Shown here: positions 57,901 to 64,000 of the stretch, one piece after another
Numbering within the stretch: the stretch's first letter is position 1
How the letters are laid out: each line of letters starts with the position of its first letter
Assembly (NCBI GenBank): GCA_964464375.1
Contig: CAYXFU010000016.1
Coordinates: 15,074-79,073, forward strand
DNA length: 64,000 nt
Source of the DNA: an uncultured Hyphomicrobiales bacterium
Lineage (GTDB): Bacteria; Bacteroidota; Ignavibacteria; Kapaibacteriales; UBA2268
Direction of reading: 5' to 3'
Made by a program: the position numbers and the translations under genes
Notes under the pieces: model-generated
The model's database searches: none
Told to the model about the DNA's origin: nothing
Seen by the model: only the letters and a program-made list of their open reading frames with translations

Positions 57901-60093
57901 TAAATTTTTAAATCTAAGATTTTTATTGGAAGAAATTCCAGGAGTAAGATATATTTGACTGAATTTTGTTACAAAACCATCATGTTGACCTTTTAGGGAA
58001 GTTTGAAATGCACCTGCTGTAACTGGATAATCATGGGAAAGGGTTGAGCCAGTGATATAAATATCATTCTTATTATCAATACAAATAGATGTTCCATACT
58101 CTCTATATGAACCAGAAATAAATGTTGAATAACTGAATTTTGAATCATTAAAATTCAATTTAAATAAAAAACAATCAGAGTAATAAGTCAATGGAGTAGT
58201 TTGATAAGCACATTGAATTATTGGGAAATCGTCAGAGATTGTATATCCTGTGATATATGGATTTTTCTCTGAATCCAATGCAATTGACAACCCATAATCA
58301 TCTTTTGAGCCACCTACAAAAGAAGAATATAAAATACTTGTGCCGGTATTATTGAATTTGGTGATAAAAGCTTCATTCATTTTCTTTTGTGTGGGTTGAA
58401 ATGAACCAGGTGTAGTTGGAAAATTAGGAGAAGCGGTACTTCCGGTGACAAAGGCATTTCCATTATTATCAACAACTACACCTGAAATTTGATCTGTACC
58501 TGAGCCACCAAGATAAGATGAATACAAAGCATCTGTGCCAGTTTGATTTAATTTAGTAATGAATCCGTCATGAGACCCACCGGCATAATTTATCTGAAAA
58601 GCTCCGGTTGTAGTAGGATAATCAGTAGTAGAAGTGTAGCCAGCAATATAAGCACATCCAAACGAATCAATTGTTAAGCTCAGCACAGATAGCCAATTTA
58701 ACAAAGATACCCCTAATTCTCCACCTAGAAATGTTGAATATATTAAACTTGTGCCTGTTGAATTACATTTAACTACGAACAAATCTGAAGAATTTCTTAA
58801 TGTTGTACGATAAGCACCGGAAGTAGTTGGAAAATCACTTGATAATGTTCCTCCTGTTATATATGAATTACCTGCAATATCTACAGATATGGAATTTCCC
58901 CAATCATCATTCAAACCGCCTAAAAAGGTTGAAAAAAGTAATGTAGAACCAGTAGAATTAAGCTTAGTAATAAATGCTTCAGTACCATTCCTTGTTTGGC
59001 GTAAAGCACCATTTGTTAAGGGGTAATTATCCGACCAGGTCGTACCAGTCATGTAAACATTTAAATTAGAATCGATTGCTAAACCTGCTCCCTCTTCTAC
59101 ATCATTACCACCGATAAATGTTGAAAATATAGGATATGTACCATTTACATTCATTTTTGTCACAAAATAATCAGCTATTACTCCTTTTGATGTATCAATA
59201 TTCGTTTGATATGCTCCTACTGTTGTTGGAAAATCTTTTGAATCGCTCTCTCCGCAAATATAAGAATTTGAATTTCTATCCACTACAATCCCATGTGGAA
59301 AATCTGGTCCAGATCCACCTAAATATGTAGAATACACCATTGGGTCAATTATCAAAGCTAAATCATGATTATAATCATCGATTTTGAAAGTGGCGGTTCC
59401 ATCGTAATTTAAAATAAAGCGGCAATCAACTTTGGTGCCTTCAGCAAGACTAAGCAATGCTTTGGGTTGATAAGCATAGATTTTATTATTGAGAACATTT
59501 CCTATGCTTGTACCAATAACCAATTCACCATTTTCATTGATTGCAAGGTTGTTCTGTCCTTCAAATTTCATCTTAATTTGAGATATATCTGCACCGGGAC
59601 TGACAATATAATCATATCTCAAACCAGCTAAAGTTTGTCCTTCTGTAGTTTTTGTATCAAAATAATATCTAATATCTATACCCTGATAAGCATCCTTTAC
59701 GATTACTTCTTTATACAGAGGCACAAATGAAGCCCATTTTGTAGAATCATTACCAATAAAGTAGTTATAATAAGTCTCCAGTTTTTCTTTGGTTAGATTA
59801 GTGCAGCTCTCATTTAAACCATCATATTTTAACCCAACAACATGACCTTTCAAAAACTTGTCTTCTATCTTGTTAAAGTCATAAACAACGCCGCTTTTGG
59901 TTATCCAGGCATTTATTCCATTCATCTTAGCAAGGAATTGTACTTCAGGATTCCACTGTCCTTTGTTTTCAATGAAGGAATTTGAATTGTTGATCTTTGA
60001 CAGGGTAGTCTCATCCATGCCGGTAAGCACAAGAGATGGATAGATGCAAATTAACAGGCAAATAAACAGATTTCTCATTTTCCGCCTCAGCAA
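54964..60093 (-). CDS. Giant (1709 aa) secreted adhesin-like protein: SBBP beta-propeller repeats + multiple Ig/PKD-like domains + T9SS CTD
   Basis: repeated ..GGSGxDxxxGIAVD..NVYVTGxTxSxDFP.. units; Cys-containing Ig-like repeats; C-terminus LVSGVYFVRIATSVQKFIKL. Confidence 0.7.
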   Translation of the reverse strand: MLRRKMRNLFICLLICIYPSLVLTGMDETTLSKINNSNSFIENKGQWNPEVQFLAKMNGINAWITKSGVVYDFNKIEDKFLKGHVVGLKYDGLNESCTNLTKEKLETYYNYFIGNDSTKWASFVPLYKEVIVKDAYQGIDIRYYFDTKTTEGQTLAGLRYDYIVSPGADISQIKMKFEGQNNLAINENGELVIGTSIGNVLNNKIYAYQPKALLSLAEGTKVDCRFILNYDGTATFKIDDYNHDLALIIDPMVYSTYLGGSGPDFPHGIVVDRNSNSYICGESDSKDFPTTVGAYQTNIDTSKGVIADYFVTKMNVNGTYPIFSTFIGGNDVEEGAGLAIDSNLNVYMTGTTWSDNYPLTNGALRQTRNGTEAFITKLNSTGSTLLFSTFLGGLNDDWGNSISVDIAGNSYITGGTLSSDFPTTSGAYRTTLRNSSDLFVVKCNSTGTSLIYSTFLGGELGVSLLNWLSVLSLTIDSFGCAYIAGYTSTTDYPTTTGAFQINYAGGSHDGFITKLNQTGTDALYSSYLGGSGTDQISGVVVDNNGNAFVTGSTASPNFPTTPGSFQPTQKKMNEAFITKFNNTGTSILYSSFVGGSKDDYGLSIALDSEKNPYITGYTISDDFPIIQCAYQTTPLTYYSDCFLFKLNFNDSKFSYSTFISGSYREYGTSICIDNKNDIYITGSTLSHDYPVTAGAFQTSLKGQHDGFVTKFSQIYLTPGISSNKNLRFKNLVCENSELDSIWVKNTGGCDLIISNSNPSGINFTDFSLISPALPIIIPYGDSAKFVISFKSSISGNKSANLNLINNSPKSPFSIALNAVKDSISFKLSGLRFNTLDFGIVCPNSVKDTIFNIENKSTIGTKFSFNDLKSPFSYVSGNPSSVQFNANETKAIKVRFTAPADTGTFTQFIDVYDSCGRNKVVVLVAKVIGPKIEAGKDTTICYGSSIFIGNLAKSGTPPYRYKWNPTEGIVDPDSAITLVSPEKTTKYILTVTDSAGCSKSDSLFVRIHQKINISAGPDIDICTNATIDLKGQLSGGVQPIQSILWTPSKGLDNPNSITPKLTLDTNGKFQYILCVIDNAGCSRCDTVEVNVLPAITIDISGDSLICDGINSKLKVMPPNDAYKYLWSNGSTASEIDIDKAGTYWVKVSINGSCEVYDTLVVQSYPKISPKLKLSRNPELCAGSKLNISTEDKYTAYNWSTGNTEDNITVNLPGNYYVEVTDINGCKAISDTVKVTLVDSLKPIVIISNNGILCPNGSLNLTTEYNYTSYLWNTGETTKSITITKPGKYSVHVKDDGGCEGTSEIIDIIQVAEPKPIISGDLFLCPGRTSILLVQNDFQSYLWNTAETTKSISISNPGIYSVTVTDTNGCEGTATTTITEFKPDVIQLTDIDFGTRKVNSTSKKNIELKNTNTQQVTIFSIKIKGLEANTFTAKPTPVPPKTLAQNESINIEIDYLPTDSKSYLDSLIIDITEPCVQSLLIAVKGSASDSIKTQISTSVWIPDMSAKIGQLNFCIPLMAKKDDNEPYDDKVSYKAVITLDASVMNPTTNKGTIVSGKRTIELIGDNIQLTENPTKIGEICGQIFIGDRDITPIEIINFEWSDKDIINKITNGSIKVSGICQPNIARIQLINPVEFTITENPVIDELNIVFAKGFEIDEGLSFEIYNIYGKKINLTTTLSILVEGVKIDVSGLVSGVYFVRIATSVQKFIKL

Positions 60094-60174
60094 GATAATA
60101 GAATTGTATTATTCAAATTTAAAATTATTATTATTATAAAGCAAGTTTATTTAGTGAGGAGTGAATAGTTTGGA

Positions 60175-60492
60175 ATACATAGATTCCTCACCTACGGTTC
60201 GGAATGACGAAGGGGCTGTCATTCAGAAGGAGCGTAGCGACTGAAGGAATCCAGGCTGTTTTCTTCGAGAAAAATACAAATACATGGATTCCTCATTTCA
60301 TTCGGAATGACGGAATGGCTGTCATTCTGCGGGAGCATAGTGACTGAAGGAATCCAGGCTGTTTTTTTACAGAGGGAATACAAAATACATGGATTCCTCA
60401 CTATGTTCGGAATGGCAAAAAGGCTGTCATTCAGAAGGAGCGTAGCGACTGTAAGTTCCGAAGGACTGCGAAGCGCATCCAGGCTGTTTTTT
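60175..60492. repeat. Tandem array of three ~104-nt units of the GTCATTC...GAATGAC hairpin repeat
   Basis: gtcattc begins at 60218, 60321 and 60425; each unit carries gtcattc[at]g[ac]..gagcgtagcgactg..ggaatccaggctgtttt and tacatggattcctca..ttcggaatgac arms. Confidence 0.7.
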
Positions 60493-60544
60493 GAGCAGCA
60501 CTGTTCCTCTCTTTTTCTGCTGAATATCATAGGCACTGAAATTC

Positions 60545-60571
60545 AAAAAAAAAGGCGTTGAATTCAACGCC
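60545..60571 (-). terminator. Hairpin ggcgttgaattcaacgcc with T9 on the minus strand; terminator for mrp
   Basis: seen directly. Confidence 0.7.
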
Positions 60572-60600
60572 TAATAAAATTATAATATCTTAACAAGATT

Positions 60601-61695
60601 CTATATCGATATTTCTACTTTTGGATTCTCCCAGATTGTGAGGTTGTGGCGTCGAACCTGTGCTACAACTTTTGATGCGATCTCTTTGATTACTCCAGCC
60701 TGATAACCATTCTCATCTTTAATGACTATGGGAGTCCCTCCGTCATTAGCTTCGCGCATTTCCATATTTAACGGAATTTCACCTAGGAAGGAAATTTCGC
60801 TCTCATTTGCAACGTTCCTACCTCCACCTTGTCCGAAGATGTAGTATTTTTTGTCTGTCATGTCGGGTGGAACGAAATAAGCCATATTTTCGACTATTCC
60901 AAGAATGTCAACATTAACCTTGCGGAACATAGCTATCGAGCGACGAACATCGGAGACGGAAATCTCCTGAGGAGTTGTAACAATCACAGCTCCAGTCATT
61001 GGTATCTTCTGCGTCATAGTCAGCTGAATGTCTCCGGTTCCCGGAGGAAGATCAAAAATAAGGAAGTCAAGCTCTCCCCATTCAAGCTGTTCGAATAGCA
61101 GGGAGAAATATCCTGCAAGCATCGGTCCGCGAATTATAGCGGCATCGTCTCTGTTGAGTAGAAAGCCCATAGACGCAACTTTGATGCCATGAGATTCGAG
61201 TGGGAAAGCAACTGAATTGCCATGTCCGTCATCAATAGCTTCGAAAGATCCGCCGACAAGACCGAACATGGTTGGCTGGCTTGGACCGTAAATGTCGCCA
61301 TCGAGAATCCCGACACTGGCACCATTAAGCGATAATGCCGCTGCCAAATTTGATGCAACAGCAGATTTACCGACACCACCTTTACCTGAAGCCACTGCAA
61401 CGATGTTCTTAACTTTTGGTAGAATCTTACGACCGCCATTGTCTTGTTCCTTTTCTGTGCATACGATTTCAGTTTCAACACCCGGTGCTAATTTACCAAT
61501 GGCATCGGCACTCATTTTACAGACAGTTTCTGCAATCCAATGAACAGGACCAATCATCTCAAGGTTTACTTTAATAATACCATCTTTAATTATCACCTGT
61601 TTAACAGCTTCTAGTTCGGAAAAGGTTTTGCCAAGATCCGGATCAATCAAGGAATTGAGAGATTGCTTAATGTCGTTTTCTAAGTTATTACTCAT
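60601..61695 (-). CDS. apbC: Fe-S cluster carrier ATPase, Mrp/ApbC/NBP35 family
   Basis: VASGKGGVGKSAVASNLAAAL P-loop; N-terminal DUF59-like domain. Confidence 0.85.
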   Translation of the reverse strand: MSNNLENDIKQSLNSLIDPDLGKTFSELEAVKQVIIKDGIIKVNLEMIGPVHWIAETVCKMSADAIGKLAPGVETEIVCTEKEQDNGGRKILPKVKNIVAVASGKGGVGKSAVASNLAAALSLNGASVGILDGDIYGPSQPTMFGLVGGSFEAIDDGHGNSVAFPLESHGIKVASMGFLLNRDDAAIIRGPMLAGYFSLLFEQLEWGELDFLIFDLPPGTGDIQLTMTQKIPMTGAVIVTTPQEISVSDVRRSIAMFRKVNVDILGIVENMAYFVPPDMTDKKYYIFGQGGGRNVANESEISFLGEIPLNMEMREANDGGTPIVIKDENGYQAGVIKEIASKVVAQVRRHNLTIWENPKVEISI

Positions 61696-62270
61696 AATTT
61701 AATACCTGATTCTGAAATATGACTAAATTTATCCTATTTAACGAAAAGTATAATGATAAATTGTGGGAGGAAAAAAAATTGCTGGAATGTAAATTAGATT
61801 TTATAACCATGATTAATAAAAAAATTATCAGGTGCTACAATCTTAATACTTTTATATGGATTTAGCAATTTAAGTTCTGAGTACCCCTTAGGAATTTTGA
61901 TTGCTGTGATTTGCTCGTACAAATATTGGGATTCAGCTTTTTAGCGATGGAAATAAATAGAAAAATATAATCAATCTTGTCTTATATACTTGTTGAAATG
62001 TTTGTTTATATATACTAATTTCATCTTTTTAAATCGGTTATTTATTTTTTTTTTTAAAATTATTTCTTTACTTTTGAGTTTATTATTAAAAACTTTTAAT
62101 AAAATTAAAGGTTTTATTTTTATATTTGATTGTGATATTATAGATATTTAGGCTCTTACATCTAATCCTATGGCTAACATCTATGAATATATAGCTCCCA
62201 ATTTTTAACAAATTATTGGGTGGATTTTTAGTAATAGTTTAAGGCTTCTTTAATTAAAGCGAAAGTAATA

Positions 62271-63359
62271 ATGCACGAAACGTTACCCGATTTAGTAATC
62301 GGAAAATTGAAAATAAATCCTCCTTTTATACTTGGCGGAATGGGCGTTAGAGTAACTGAACATAAATTATGCGCCGCTGCGGCTAATACCGGAATGGCTG
62401 GTACAATAGCCAGTGTTGGTCTAGGTCACAATGCCGTCAAAGGTAGAAACTACGTTCAGGGATCTAATAATGCTCTTGCCAAAGAAATAAAACTTGCCAG
62501 GAAGCTCACCAAAGGTGTTATCGGCGTTAATATCATGGTTGCACTTACTAACTACGCAGAAATGTGTACGACAGCAGCCAAAGAAAAGGCAGACTATATA
62601 ATTTCCGGTGCAGGCTTGCCAATGAAGCTTCCCGAATATGTTGGAGAATCCGATATAGCATTGATCCCAATTGTTTCCTCAGGTAGAGCAGCGAAAATCC
62701 TCTGCAATAAATGGCTAACAAGCTATAACCGTTTACCTGACGCTTTTGTCGTCGAAGGCGTAGATGCAGGTGGGCATCTGGGGTTTAACATGGCGGAAGT
62801 TGAGGCTTGGAATGAGGATAGTCACGTAAGAGTTTGCAAGGAAGTTCTTCAGGTTGCTAAAGACTATGAGGAAATATCCGGCAAACATATTCCGGTGATA
62901 GCTGCCGGTGGCATATTTGATGGAAACGATATAGGAAAAATGCTGGCAATTGGCTGCGAAGGTGTGCAGATGGCTACGAGGTTCGTAACCACCGAAGAAT
63001 GCCAGGCTCCAGACAATTTCAAACAGGCAATCATCAATTCAACAATTGATGACATGGTAATTATCAAAAGTCCTGTCGGCATGTTAGGACGTGCTATTAA
63101 AAGCCCATTCACAGAACGAGTAAATGCCGGCGAGACAATTCCTTTCAAATGCCCTTTCCATTGTATTAGTGTCTGCAAACCCAAGGAAGTTCCATTCTGT
63201 ATTGCTGTTGCATTGCTCAACGCAGTCGATGGCGATATCGACAATGGAGTCATGATGGCAGGTCACAACGCATACAGAGTAAAAGAAATACTTCCTATTA
63301 AGAAACTTGTCGATGAATTAACATCTGAGGCAGTAGCATATCTGAACAGAGCAAAATAG
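62271..63359 (+). CDS. Nitronate monooxygenase family / FabK-like FMN TIM-barrel oxidoreductase
   Basis: GGMGVRVTEHKLCAAAANTGMAGTIAS..; IPVIAAGGIFDGNDIGKMLAIG. Confidence 0.65.
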   Translation: MHETLPDLVIGKLKINPPFILGGMGVRVTEHKLCAAAANTGMAGTIASVGLGHNAVKGRNYVQGSNNALAKEIKLARKLTKGVIGVNIMVALTNYAEMCTTAAKEKADYIISGAGLPMKLPEYVGESDIALIPIVSSGRAAKILCNKWLTSYNRLPDAFVVEGVDAGGHLGFNMAEVEAWNEDSHVRVCKEVLQVAKDYEEISGKHIPVIAAGGIFDGNDIGKMLAIGCEGVQMATRFVTTEECQAPDNFKQAIINSTIDDMVIIKSPVGMLGRAIKSPFTERVNAGETIPFKCPFHCISVCKPKEVPFCIAVALLNAVDGDIDNGVMMAGHNAYRVKEILPIKKLVDELTSEAVAYLNRAK

Positions 63360-63380
63360 GGCTTTAGACCAAGAATAATT

Positions 63381-63416
63381 TAAAAATGGGTTCATTTTGT
63401 AATGAACCCATTTTTA
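63381..63416. terminator. Hairpin atgggttcatt..aatgaacccat flanked by A5/T5; bidirectional terminator
   Basis: seen directly. Confidence 0.7.
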
Positions 63417-63444
63417 ATTATGTCTAATTCAAGATAATTGATTC

Positions 63445-63882
63445 TTACATATTCGTAATCATCTGTGATTTCCCTTCCTCTATAGCTTTATTGAATTTTA
63501 CTTTTGTATGTAATGCAATTCCTATTATAAAAAATACAATCAATGATAAAATTGCAATTCTATAACTGCCGGTTAGCTGGAGTCCGATACCAAAACAAAG
63601 TGGACCTAACCAACTAGAACCTCTCTCACTGATTTCATAAATTCCAAAATATTCCGCTTCGCTTCCCTTGGGTATCATTGATGAAAAAGCTGATCTGCTC
63701 AGAGCCTGACTTGCAACAATAATCAGACCGAAGAATATTGATAATGCGTAGAAACCAGACTCTCCATTTAAGAATCCGTATGACCAGATCAATGCTAAAC
63801 TAAACAGGTATAAAGTAACCAAAATATGCGAGCCTGGCTTGCGAATAAATGACAAAAGATGCTCTGGACACGCAAACACCAT
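63445..63882 (-). CDS. C-terminal part of an MFS transporter (UMF1/Atg22-like); upstream portion continues in another frame to the window end (probable frameshift)
   Basis: 4 TM helices; ..YFGIYEISERGSSWLGPLCFG..; reverse-strand frame 63883..64000 encodes a protein-like stretch without stops but out of frame. Confidence 0.4.
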   Translation of the reverse strand: MVFACPEHLLSFIRKPGSHILVTLYLFSLALIWSYGFLNGESGFYALSIFFGLIIVASQALSRSAFSSMIPKGSEAEYFGIYEISERGSSWLGPLCFGIGLQLTGSYRIAILSLIVFFIIGIALHTKVKFNKAIEEGKSQMITNM

Positions 63883-64000
63883 TTTTGTAGCATAATAATA
63901 ACTTTAATTTATTAGCTTTAAAATAAGGATTTCTCTTGGAATCCAATTGCCGTTTTACTTCTGATTTTAATTCGGGAACCCAATTAGGATCGGCGGCATA

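Noticed and set aside
60175-60492. Tandem ~104-nt repeats considered as a CRISPR array
   Set aside because: Units are far longer than CRISPR repeats. The spacer portions are themselves copies of a dispersed element rather than unique sequences. No cas genes are present in the window.
61696-62270. 575-nt AT-rich gap with poly-T runs upstream of the NMO-like gene, considered as a possible ncRNA or mobile remnant
   Set aside because: It has only low-complexity A/T tracts and no stable stems or repeats matching the families seen elsewhere. Most likely a promoter or UP-element-rich spacer.
1-64000. tRNA or rRNA genes
   Set aside because: Scanning for GGTTCGAATCC-type T-loops and for 16S/23S/5S signature strings found nothing convincing. 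The tcgaatccgg strings at ~9316 and ~22406 lie inside coding regions and lack acceptor or anticodon arms.

Overview
This 64-kb window looks like a low-GC Bacteroidota or Ignavibacteriota-type chromosome segment. The organism assignment is inferred from abundant type IX secretion system (T9SS) C-terminal sorting domains (CTDs), SusC-like TonB receptor architecture and the classic TrmB motif. Housekeeping genes (trmB, pheT, htrA/degP, adk, rpmI-rplT, pheS, rsmB, aspartokinase, transaldolase, mrp/apbC) are interspersed with accessory content. That content comprises at least eight secreted proteins carrying near-identical T9SS C-terminal sorting domains, and three toxin-antitoxin modules (HigBA-like, HicAB, HEPN/MNT) plus an orphan nucleotidyltransferase. 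It also includes a putative metal-acquisition locus (Cys-rich protein, TonB-dependent receptor, CxxC/CTD protein, lipoprotein, barrel with a heavy-metal-associated (HMA) domain). A compact isochorismatase-flavoprotein-radical SAM operon lies next to a sensor kinase, a GIY-YIG gene and a second isochorismatase. An ECF sigma factor is coupled to a membrane protein that ends in a T9SS CTD. No rRNA, tRNA, CRISPR array, integrase or transposase gene was recognised. Two things stand out at the DNA level. First, short perfect or near-perfect palindromes sit in-frame at the same loop positions of several CTD coding regions, and decayed orphan CTD cassettes occur nearby, one at the insertion junction of a toxin-antitoxin (TA) module. 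Second, a superfamily of 45-115 nt hairpin repeats bounded by GTCATTC...GAATGAC occupies at least a dozen intergenic sites. This includes a 3-unit tandem array, direct copies flanking a GIY-YIG gene, and a separate ~156 nt element resembling a miniature inverted-repeat transposable element (MITE). All calls rest on motif recognition by eye; nothing was searched against a database.
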